Source: Ministeria vibrans ATCC 50519 (Eukaryota > Protista > Filasterea). Taken from it: a stretch of 64,000 nucleotides of DNA. The DNA lies in assembly GCA_943704425.1 (NCBI GenBank), contig CALSCP010001127.1, positions 1 to 64,000 of the forward strand. Reading direction: 5' to 3'. Every line of letters starts with the position of its first letter. Positions within the stretch are counted from its first letter, which is position 1. Under the pieces are notes generated by a model, which worked only from the letters and a program-made list of their open reading frames with translations, searched no databases and was not told where the DNA came from. A program made the translations under genes and the position numbers. Positions 1-11,848 of this stretch are shown here, piece after piece.

Positions 1-135
<135 letters not shown>

Positions 136-192
136 ATTTTACGACGTACTAATTACAATAATTTTACATTAATAATCTACTATGTTTTTTAG

Positions 193-1480
193 ACACTCGT
201 GACAGCAGAGTGTGCTGATCAATACGCGTGCGGAGGTTCCCAGTGCAACTACAACGCAGTGTTCACGGCGTCGCCCAGCCAGCCGGCCGTGTGCCTGGGT
301 GGGCTGGCCGGACAGGGCTTTGGCACGCGTGTGCTCCAGATCAGCCAACCCGTCAACACGTCGGAGCATGTCTACTGGTTCACCTATGAGCAAGCTGGCT
401 GCGCGGGCCCTGTCTCCGCCATTGACTCGGGCGTTTCCTATGGGTTTGCCAGTGGTGCTTGTGTCTACACCAACGTTGCTCAACTGGGCTTTGTAGAGTA
501 AGAAAAAAATTAATTCTAAAAAAAACATGAATGATAGAACGTAAAAATAATAATAATAATAATTTCTGGGTTCATTTTCGTGCAAAAGTTTATCGTTACA
601 GAAATAATAATAATAACTGTTATAATTGAAATCGACTATTAGTCTGATTAACATTATTATTAATGTTCTCTATTCTCTCTCTATTAATAATAATAATAAT
701 TAATTATTATTATTTTTTCTCTTCTATTTTAGAACTCTTGTGGACGGTGCCAGCGCTTCGTACAAGCTGGGTTGTCATCAATCATGCTCGTCGTGTCTGG
801 TAATGGGCACTGCCAAGAGTGGCTCGTGCGTCGACGTGAGTGCACTTGACCTGACACGCAACACTTTTGCGCCGACACTCAGTGCCTCATTTGTGATTGG
901 AGATCCCACAAATTTACCGTTGCAAGTGGCGTATTATATGGATGCGCAGTGTACGACAATGTTGAGCACGACGGGAGCCGGCTTTGCACCGTACACGAGT
1001 GGAACGTGTCTGTCGGGTGCGGGAGGATCGCTCTTTGCCGTCGTTGCTGCAGTCGACGGGACCTACACCATTGGATTTGCGTGCCAAGGACTCTCGGAAG
1101 ATCTCCCCTGTGTGAGCTGTACAATGACGCTGCATGGTCAGCACTACGGCGATTGTGTGGCTCTGGGCAACTCGCAGTACGTGATGGTACAGAGGAATGC
1201 GCAAGGCAATGCGAACCCGGGCACGATCATCATTGTCGACCCGACCTCCAATAACAACGGGGGCGCTACCAACTACACGGGTCTTGTGGTGGGCATTATT
1301 ATTGCGGCAGTGGTGGTTGCCGCGGGTGTCGGCTACGTTATCTACTGGAAGCGCAAACGCTCAACCGCCCGTCCCTACCACAGCATGGCGAGCGACCCGC
1401 ACGGCAACATTTATGCCGATGATGTCGGCTCGCCGCGCAACGACTACTTTCCCGATCCTGCGTCCTATTCAACTGCCTGA
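193..1480 (+). CDS. 3' part of a single-pass membrane protein with Cys/Gly-rich extracellular modules and a Tyr-containing tail (5' end outside the window)
   Basis: Exons about 193-497 and 733-1480 bounded by AG/GT. Hydrophobic segment GLVVGIIIAAVVVAAGVGYVIYW followed by KRKR. Tail contains NIYADD and DYFP. Confidence 0.75.
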
Positions 1481-1958
1481 TTTTCTTTCTCATGTATGCG
1501 CGCGTGTTCGAATTCGCGGGCAAACACCCCTTGTTTACGAGCTGTTTACTTTATTATATCTTTTTGCGTCTTTACTTTGAGTTTCTTTTGAGCAACACAG
1601 TAATTTTCATGTCTAAATAATCTACAAGGCTGAAGGCTCGCCTTCTAACTTACTGCTATAGCTAATAGCATAGTGGGACCATACTTGACTACTTGTGAAA
1701 CATGTTATTGAAGAATGGTTCATGTTTGAATCATTAATAAGAAAAATAAAATAATTATAGGGAATTGAAAACAAGACTATATGCAAAACAAAGAGTGGCA
1801 CAATCATTATTCATTAATATTATATTTGTGATTGCGAAGGCTCAAAAAGAAAGAAAAAACGGTTGCTTTAACTTGTTTTAAATGTATTTTCACTCTTTAA
1901 AAGTTTTTTTGATTTATTTAATTATTTTAATTATATTCGCCCTTTACCTCGATTCATC

Positions 1959-3744
1959 ATGGTTAACTGGTCGGCACTGATCACCTACGACACAGGTATG
2001 CCACGAATTTTTTTGTCGGCGCTCCATCAGCACAGCACAGGGGAGTTTACCGATCGTGTACCGTTCTCCATTGTGTAGGCAAAGTCGTGCAGGTCAAGAG
2101 CAAGACTGTGGGCATCATCAACAGGACAGTGTAAGGCGGGTGGGTGTGTGTGCGTATCCATATGCGTGTGTGTGTGCGTGGGTGTGAAGGGAGAGAGAGA
2201 AAAGAAAATAACGACTGCGTCTCTCAAAAACTCATACATTTGTCTCCACGATTGCACATAGGCAAATATTCGTCTTGATTTACATCATCGTCTATGTGAT
2301 TGTCATCAAGAAGGGCTACCAGGCAACGGACAGCCTTATTGGCACTTCGATTACTAAAGTCAAAGGTACTTTTTTTTTTTTCCGTTTGTGTTTTCTATCA
2401 TGCATGTTTACATTGCTCTGACTCTGCCTTGTATTGCTTCTTTGGGGGCTTCTTCTGAACTGCTAGGCACGGCATTTACGTGCCCTGGCCACACACAACT
2501 GGAGAACTGCGAACCAGGCACGGTAACCATTTGGGACACGGCGGACTATGTGATACCGCCGCAGGAGAACGACGCGACCTTTGTGCAGACAAATTCGATT
2601 TTGACACCGTACCAGAAGCAGGGCACTTGTGCGCAGGTAACGAAAAACAACAGAAATGCAGTGGCATGCGCTGATGACTCGAACAGGCAACATCGTCGGG
2701 CACATGCGACGACGCAACCAACCCATGTACTGCCTACGAACACACCTCGTCGGGCATCCAAACGGGCAAGTGCATTCCAAATGGCGACAGGGGCAATACC
2801 ACCTGTGAAGTGTGGTCGTGGTGTCCGCTTGAGGCCGACGGCGATCCAGGCATCTACCGTGAGCTCACGAGCGCCGCCAACTTTACCCTCTTTCTCAAGA
2901 GCAACATCCGCTTCCCCAAGCTCATGGCACCCACCGAGCGCGCCTTCACCAACGTCGGACTGGGCAACAGCTCGGCAGCATACCTCAAGTCATGTCGCTG
3001 GGACACAGGCTCCAACTACTACTGTCCCATTTTTGTTCTCGAGACCATTATCGAGCGCACCGGCTGGAAGTTTTCCGACCTCACGCGTCTCGGCGGCGTC
3101 GTTGCCATCATCATCACATGGAACTGCGATCTTGACAAGGGCTACGACGACTGTCTCCCCACTTTCCGCTTTAGTCGTCTCGACGACCCTGAAAGTGTTC
3201 TCTCCCCCGGTTACAACTTTCGCTATGCAAACTTTTACCAGACCGAAAACTTTGTACGTTTCTTTTTTGAGTGTTCTGTTTTGTGTTTAGACATTCATCT
3301 TTTTTTTTTTTTTTGTGTGTGTATCTAGACCAATTACCGCTCTCTTCAAAAGGCGTACGGAGTTCGCTTTGTCATTATTCAAACTGGTATCTAAAACGAA
3401 AACAAAAAAGTCCTGTTTTTATTGTTTGTTAAATTCGGTATTCGATTAGGGATTGCTGGCAAGTTCTCAATTGTGCCGATGTTCCTGAACATTGGAGCGG
3501 GTCTGGCGCTGTTGGGTCTTGCGACCGTCGTTGCTGACTTTTTGTCCCTTAATTGTCTCAAACACAAGAGATTCTACCGCTCCAAGAAGGTGAGTCGCCC
3601 GCGCGATGACTATCGAGATTATGACCTTATTTTTCCATGTTGCAGTATGAAAGTGTCGACGATGCCGAGCTTGATATGACTATTCAAGTGGATCAGACGC
3701 CACTAGTGAAGCAAGAGACATATGCGCTGATGAAGGATGAATAA
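1959..3744 (+). CDS. P2RX: P2X purinoceptor (ATP-gated cation channel), multi-exon
   Basis: Spliced translation gives YDTGK, TM1 IFVLIYIIVYVIVIKKGYQ, TKVKG, WDTADYVIP, CEVWSWCPLE, NFTLFLKSNIRFP, CPIF, GGVVAIIITWNCDLD, SPGYNFRYA, KAYGVRF, AGKFSIVP, TM2 and YRSKK. ATG at 1959, TAA at 3742-3744. Confidence 0.95.
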
Positions 3745-3788
3745 AACTTTTAATCAGCCTATTAATCAGACTTTCACACTTTTTCTCA

Positions 3789-6700
3789 ATGGACGACGAC
3801 GGCCCACCCTTGTTCTCCACCGAGGACAACGGTAGTATATGTGCTGTAGTATGTGACTCGCAAGGCGACGAGTCGCAGGCGTGGGGAGATCGGCAAGACC
3901 ATCTCGAGCAAATCTTGGCGCGCACCGCCACCCGCCCTTGGCCAACGGATGCTCATGCCAGCGACGACGGTTCGGATGAGAAGGACGCTTTTGACCCGCC
4001 TGCTCCTCGTGCGTCGAGCTCGGCAACGTCAGAGTCATCACGTAATGGCAGAAAAAGCGCGAAAGAGACACGTCTGTCGCAACTTTCGCAAACGCACGAA
4101 GAGCGCGGACAGTCACCGACAACCAAGACATCACCACGAACCTCGTCCGGGTCGTCCACAAGTGCCTTTGGGTCGCGACAACAACCACCGGCCGCTCTCG
4201 CCGTTGAGGAAAGCTCTTTTTCGCTCTTTCCGCAAACTGCTCCGCCTCCCGTCGACCCACTGACGCTGCGCAACGGCGACACAATTGATCGCCATCACTG
4301 TGCTCCCTCTATACCCCTCGAGTCCTTACCGGATAGCCTTGCTTCCGCCACGGCGCCTCCCGCCTCCGTCTCCGATGGCGTTCCCCTGCGAGACTCTGCC
4401 TTGGGCTTTGCCCTTACACCACAGTCGCGCCATCTCAACGAACAGCAGCAACAAAGCGAATCGCAAACTTGTTTGCCGTCTGCTTCGGCTCCTCTTCTTG
4501 CCTCAGGCAGCCACACACAAGACCATGGTCCATCCCTTTCAGGACTCCCCACCTGTTCCATTGGTGCATCCCCAACACCCACGCGAGCCACCCGAGATAA
4601 CTACAACAACAGCAACAACAACAGCAACAACAATCGGCACGACGACGACAACGCGGACAATAACAACAGCAGCAGTAGCAACAACGACAACAACAGCAAC
4701 GATGACAACAACAGCAACGATGACGACGACAACAACAACAACAGTGACGACGACGACGACAATGATGACCACTCGCCCGTTTTGCTGGAACAAAAGCCAT
4801 CGCGCACTCCGTCGCCCATTAAAAGAACACACTCGTCGCCTGGAATGCGAGCTTCGCCGAAGAGCAAGAACGCGTCGCCGCTGCGCTTTACTCTGTCACA
4901 GCATACGTATCGATATGAGTCACTCGGCTCGGACGATCCAATCGACGAAGCTCCTACTGCGTCTCCTCGACGACTTGTGCCACATTGTCTTGGCCCCGAG
5001 GTGTCGCTTGTTGGCAACGAGACACTGCGTGAGGATGGTTTCGAAATTCAGTCGCCACCCGAGCACCGCACACGACACCGCGGCACGGTGGCGCGGAAAG
5101 CAGGTGACTGTTCCGAGGCGGAGGACGAGGAAGCTGATGTGTACCCAAGCAGAGAAGAGGCGAGCCGTCGGTCAAAGGAGGCGCTGTTGTCGCGGTTGAA
5201 GGAGGAGACGGAAATCAAAATTAACAGGCTGAAGAAGGCGGCACGTGAATCCAAACGCAAGCGTGTCAAACGCCAGGTGTCCCAGTTTACAGACGACGTG
5301 CGTCGCATGTATGATGAGGACAGCGACGTGAGCGATGATGACAACAACGATGACGACGACGAGGAGGAGTCGGGGAGGGAGGGGAAAGGAGAGAGAGACG
5401 CAAATGGTTCGGAACTGGCTGGCCAAAACAACAGTCGACATCGTGGTAGCCACAAACACAAGGTGATGGTGCGCCAGCGCGATGGTGACGATGACGATGA
5501 GGACGATTCGGTGTATCTGGAGCGTCGGCAGCGGGAGAAGCAGCAGGAAGCGAAGCGGGTTGAAGTGGAAGAGCCTCCGCAGAAAAAGATGAAGAAGGCG
5601 GAAAGTGACCCAGCGGAGGAGGAGGAGGAAGAGGAAGAGGAGAAGAACGCGGATGAGAAGGAGGAGGAGGAGGAGGAGGAGGAAGAGGAGAAGAACGCGG
5701 ATGAGGAGGAGGAGGAGGAGGAGGAAGAAGAGGATGCGACCGGCTCGGTGGCAACCGTATTGTTGGAGGCGACGCCACCCCCCGCATCGCCACTTTTGTG
5801 CCAGGGTGAGAAAGATGACGAGAATATAGATAGTGGCATTGAAAACGACAACGAGGCAGCCATGGCCAAGAAACAGGAAGAAGCGGATTTGGAGGACCTG
5901 GAACGATGGGACCAGGGAGCATCTCAGATCCAGCCGCCTCCAAACGACCCCTTCGCCTTTGACAGCCAGACGGTATCACCGCCTGGACATGTCACTACAA
6001 CGTTGGCGCGTGTCCCACCGCCCTCCGCCATCTCCCATTCCGCTACAACTACCGTTGACCAACCCAGCGCGACGTCCTCGACTGCATCATCGGCATTGAA
6101 TGGTGCTGCCGCTAAAAAGGTCTCCTTTGCCAAAACTGTGGGACGCGCCACGTCCACGACGCTCACAAGCATCCCAGAATCTCCTCCAATGACTCGCAAA
6201 AAGCTCTCCAAGAGTGCTCCGCCGTCGACGGTCACTCTCACGTCGTTGAGTCGAGTAGGGCAATCGCTCAAGTTGTCGTTGACCAAGCGCAAAGGTGCCA
6301 AAGCGGCGCCAAAGACAACGAAGTCCAAACATTTACCTGGTTCTTCACGCTTGAGCAACAGCAGAGGTGTGGAACCCGATCCTGAGACATACGCAGATGA
6401 GGACGAAGACGACGACGAGGAGGAGGAGGAGGAGGAGGAGGAGGAGGAGAAGGTCAGCATGCGCTCAGCAACTAAGGCGTGGCAGCACAAGCGGAAGGTC
6501 ACGACAAAGACAAGCAAGCGCAAAGCACCCGAGAGCAGCTCCGAAGACGACGACGACGACGACGACGACGATGATGATGATGATGATGATGATGACGACG
6601 ACGATGACGATGAAGAAGAAGATGACGACTCAGACAACTCCGACGATGATTCCGACGACGACTCCGGTGGTGTCCAACGGCGTGTTCATACCAAGATGCA

Positions 6701-8892
6701 CCACGAGACCCTCCTCGCCAATGGACCCTACCAGCGTGTGACCACCAAAGTGAAGCGAATTGTGCGATGCATCACGACGACACGCTACTACAGTGTCAAC
6801 GAGAAAGGACGCCAGAAACTTCTTGCCGAGAACACAGTGTACGGCACGCCGAAGCGTGACGTAAAGACCTCAGAGCGCATTGAGCCCCTCTTGGCACCGG
6901 TATCGACAACTTCCTCGACGACGAAGGCAGCAGCAGCAGCAGCAGCAGCAGCGGCAGCGGCTGCGGCGGCGGCGGCGGCGGCGACCGAGATTGTTACAGG
7001 GACATCACGTGGTGGCTCGTCATACAAACGCAGTCGTGTTACTCCGCCCTCGAGCAGCAGCACCGGCGGTGGCGGCGGCGGCGGCGGCGGTGGTGGTGGT
7101 GGTGGCAACGGTGCAACAACACGAAAGCGCCCGACGAGTGTGTCACGCTCTCCTGAACGACTCTATAAGGGCGCTTTCCGCGCTCCCATCACCCCATCGC
7201 CGACACTCACCCCACCCGAGGCGTCTCGTAAGAAGACCAACTCGCCCCCCGTCGTTGCAAGCAAACGAACGCGCACCTCACGTAGCCCGGCCATTGCCGA
7301 ACACGATCCTCTTGCCGTCAGCACCAAAGTGTTTGCTTTTTGGGCTTGCGACGACATGTACTACCCGGCGATTGTGCGCGAGCGTGACCTCATCAACCGT
7401 ACCCTCCGTGTCAAATTCTGCGACGTTCAGGGCAAAGAGATCAAACTCAATGACGACCAGGTGTGTCCTCTCTCGGCTCTGCACGACTCCCTCTCGGCTC
7501 TGCACGACTCCCTCTCGGTGATGGTCCTGGAAAAATTTAAGAGCGACTACGTTGCGGCGCGCGTGACTCGTCGTGTCTCTGATACTACCTTTTGCGTGGT
7601 GCTTCAGGACGGCACGCAAGACAACGAAAAGGAACTTGAGACTGGCTGGGACAGTATCATGCTGGACGAGACCATCTTCGGCAAAATACGCCCCAAGCCC
7701 AAGGCACGACCGGCTGTTCCTCTCAGTGCAACCAATCCTATCGAGGACGGCAACGACTCTGAATCGAGCACACCACGCAAACGACGCAAGACAGCAGCAG
7801 CAGCGGCGACGGCGGGAGGAGGAGGAGGAGTCTCGGGTGCACGTGGAGTTGTTGCGTCGCCGGCGGCCATGCCAACAAGCTCAGTCTTTGCCCATTGTGC
7901 AGTGAGCAGCAAGACTGGACGGAAGCCATGGATCTTGCCTCACTCAGCGGGCACCACACCACTGCGTTGCGCGACTTTTCTGCTGTCGGGAACGGCCAAG
8001 GACGCAGTGCAGGAGGTGAAGTTACTCGGAGGCTTGGTGATTGAGACACTGGGCGCGCGACTTGACAAGAACCGACGTGTGTTTCTTGTTGCAGACGAAC
8101 CGCGTCGCACACAAAAGTACTTTGCTGCACTTGCCGCGGGCGTACCTCGTCTTCACATTGACTGGCTTGCCGACTGTGTGCAGCAGGGCAAGATGTTGAT
8201 GCCGTTGGCGACGGACTTTCTCAGCAATGGCACACCAAGCGACGGTGTAGAGCGCATTTCGTAAGTACTTCACGAAATCCTCTTTTCCTGTTTCTGTTGT
8301 TTTTTTCTCAAAGGAGGAGGGATTGAATTTTTCTGAATCCTGTTATAGGCATGACTCGATGGAACCGACGGGAAATACCTTCCAGGGCACACGAGTACTT
8401 GTGACGATGACGCGCACGGCCAAGAAGGTGCGCGGCGCAACACCGCTGGTTACCAAGGACAACCTGTACGTGCACTCCCTCCAGCTGGCGGGAGCGAGCG
8501 TGGTGCTCAACTTACTCGTGCCATCGGAGGAGCTCGCAGGCGAAGACGTCGATGCCGACGCAGCGCACGTCACCGATGGCGTTCCTCAACCGGTCAAGTA
8601 TGTCGTGGTCGTCCACATGAACCATGACAGTACATCGAGTCTCTCGTGTGTACCATCCGACGCCGCTGTTTCAGGTAGAGGAAACGTTTGAGAGACATAA
8701 AGAGAGAAGAGACTGCGACAAACAAAGACAGACAGAGAATGACTTATATTTTCTCACTCTTTTGTTGGTTTGTGTGACTCAGCTGCTGAATTCTCCCACT
8801 GCCCGATTGTCAATCATATGTGGTTGCTTGACTCGCTCATATGCGAGGAGGTGCTTGAGCCGCAGCCAGAGCACAGACCTGATTATATGTAG
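3789..8892 (+). CDS. TP53BP1: 53BP1/Crb2/Rad9-like DNA damage checkpoint mediator (SQ-rich acidic N-terminus, Tudor, tandem BRCT)
   Basis: Long exon 3789 to about 8260, then exons about 8350-8674 and 8783-8892. Tudor VFAFWACDDMYYPAIV...VKFCD. BRCT1 VFLVADEPRRTQKYFAALAAGVPRLHIDWLADC resembles the 53BP1 BRCT. BRCT2 ends PIVNHMWLLDSLI. Confidence 0.8.
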
Positions 8893-9214
8893 ATTACTTC
8901 AATATTAATATAATAATAATAATAATGATAAATTAATTATAATAAATTTATTACTGTTTCATTAAAAATGGGTTGTATTCTTCTTCTTGTTATTATTAAT
9001 TTTATTAATTTTTATTATTATCGCCTTTGCAATACACAAGACTCGCGGGGTTGCATGGGCCAGCGCCAGCGATCAAGGATGTCCGCAAGCGCAGTCATAG
9101 AGCCGCTTTGAGAATGTGACAAAGGCACTCTTGGCTCAGGAGGCAGTTGCGGGCTAGACCTGGATCGCTATGCCGTCGATAATGCTTACCGTATCGTTGT
9201 GTCCATTAATAGTG

Positions 9215-9287
<73 letters not shown>

Positions 9288-9294
9288 TAATAAA

Positions 9295-9380
<86 letters not shown>
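9215..9380. repeat. (AAT)n microsatellite, about 165 bp
   Basis: Direct reading of the sequence. Confidence 0.95.
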
Positions 9381-9421
9381 GACAATCATTATAATATTAT
9401 TGTTTTGATTTGTGAACTGAC

Positions 9422-11680
9422 CTGATGTCCCTGTTGGACATTGGCAATGACTTGTTCAAAGCAGGCCTCGTTCATTTGGTTCTCTTGGGCATTGCGGTTG
9501 GTGGCTTTGACGCCAACAAAACGCTGGGCGAGCGGAACGGGACGGAACCGCTGGTCAAAGTAGAAGAGACCCGTCATGGGATTGGCGCGCAGAAAGAAAG
9601 CTGCGTCGACATAGTTCGGGAGGGTCGCCGACAGACCCACAATGCGGATCATGGTCTGAGCACTCTCGACCTGACGGAGTGTACGTGCGACGAGTGCCTC
9701 AATGACGGGACCGCGCTCGTCGTGCAGCAGATGCACCTCGTCGATGATAAGCAGACGCACCAGCTGCGCCAGTCCCACGTCGCCGGTGCTCTTGCGCGTC
9801 ACCACGTCCCATTTTTCGGGTGTTGTCACAATCATTTGCGTCGCTTGAATCTCCGCCTTGGTCATTTGCATGTCACCGGTGAGCTCGCGCACCGCAATTC
9901 CCAACGGCTTGAGCCGTTCGCCAAAGGTACGGACCATCTCGGCGGCAAGAGCCTTCATGGGCGCAACATAGATAATTTTGAATGCGTCGCGATGGATCAC
10001 GTCTCCTTGCATGTGCTGCCGCAAACAGCGCGTCACGCACATCATGGCAACGTTGGTCTTGCCTGCGCCCGTGGGAGCGCACACCAGCAGATTTTCACCG
10101 CTGTTGTACGCTGCGTCGAAGAGGACCGTCTGAATGCGATTGAGTGTCTGGCAGTTGCGAAAGGCAACCTGTCCCACTCGATCGAGCGACTCAATGCGAA
10201 TGAGCGGTACGTCAGCGAGCGGCAAATGCGAGACTGTGGGTGCAGGGATGCTCACCGTCTCCGTCTCCTTGGTGACAACGCGCGTGGTGCCCTGGGGCAG
10301 CATGAGGTTGCGTCCGGCGACGAGCACGTCGGCATCGGCGCGTTTGCGACCCCCTTCGCGTCCGTCGTACACGTGCGGGTACGACTGCTGTGCCTTGGCA
10401 GCCGCCTGACGAGCTGCAGCGCGCTCCGTGTTCTTGATCAGAGGTGCATTGGCGGCGTCGTGAAGCGCCTGTTCGCGTCGTTCGCGCAACGACAGTCCCG
10501 TCGCGTCCACCCCAAAGCCCAGTGTTGCAATCAGTGCGTCTTCGTCGACCGTCCCACCTTGCTCCTCTTGTCGCTGCTGATGCTGCTGCAGCTTCTTCTC
10601 CAGCTTGCGTCTCTCCTTGTCCAATTTCTTTTGCACTGCCGTCTGAATGGTGATTTGCGACGTGACGGGCGGCGCTGCCAGTGATAGAGCCGATGAGGAG
10701 GAGGAGTCGGCGGTCGCTTTGCTTGAGGTCTCGTTGAGCAGCAGGGTGGAGACGGCAACGCGGTGCTCGACGGCTCCAAGCACAACGGCAACGACGCTCT
10801 CGCGGTGACGCAGAAGCTCTTCGATGAGATCCATGTGTTCGAAGCCAAGCAGCTCAAAGAGACCATTTTGCAGCTCGGCATCGCCACCGCTGCGCATGAG
10901 ACAGTGGAACACGCCGAGTGTGATGCTCTGGAGTTGCGAGTCGTCGCCCTCGGTAGAAGAAGACATCGCCTGTTGCACTTTGTAGCGCAGCCATTCTGTC
11001 TGGTCGGGACGAGGCGGTGGTGCGTGGTCGTTCGACGACGTCTGTTGCTGTGGCGAAGGTCGCGTTGTTGTCTTCGGTCGAAGCGTCGCCATGTCGACGG
11101 GACGGAGCGGCGGGAATCCCTGAGGGCCGGCGATGTCGGGCACGACAAGGTGAAGGTCGGTGCCGTAGGGGCGATCGGCAAGGTGGGGAGCGCCTGGAGC
11201 GAGCGTGGGTGAGGTGGAGGGGTCTTTGAGGGAGTCCGGCAAACTCGAGAGAGTGTCGACAATGGCTTCGACAATGGGTGCGGTGTTGGTGGATGGCGCA
11301 AGAGCAGGTGCCAGCGGGACGGCAGCTTCGAGGTCGTGGCGCAAGTGGCGTGCGCAAAAGGGGCCTGTGGGACCGGTGTGCGTCGTGCGAGTGCGCGCAA
11401 CGAGTTCGCACAGCGCATCGTCAACCAACGCAGCGGGCGCCTCGGGATCCCGCAGGATATCCCGGCGCATCATGTCGCGCAGCCGCTTCATTTGCTCACG
11501 TGGCAACGCCTCCGACAGCTGCTGCACGCTGAGTGCGTCGCGAGAGGTGGCGGAAAGACGTTGCGTAACCAAAGAAGTGATTTTGGGATCGCTCGACGAC
11601 ACGGGCATCGTTTTCGCCGTGCAACTGCGCTCCAAGGGGCCTCCGCCAAGGGCGCGAAGGGCCTCCGTTAACGAGGGCAT
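9422..11680 (-). CDS. ASCC3: ASCC3/Slh1 Ski2-like helicase, N-terminal third only (truncated in this sequence)
   Basis: Starts MPSLTEALR. PWI-like LQNGLFELLGFEHMDLIEELL. Motifs APTGAGKT, YVAPMKALAAE, TTPEKWD, DEVH and GLSATLPNY. The exon ends at a GT donor near 9421 with no recognisable continuation downstream. Confidence 0.85.
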
Positions 11681-11848
11681 AACTTGATCACCAAAAAGAA
11701 ATATTTAAAGTGTGAAATATTTATAATACTCTTTCATAATAAATTTATTGATCATTATTGGAGTGATTGATCTTGGTCTTTAGTCAAATATAATAATTGT
11801 CCGTGTCGGGGGGTTAGTGACACGACGCGAACGAGTGCATTTTGCGAG

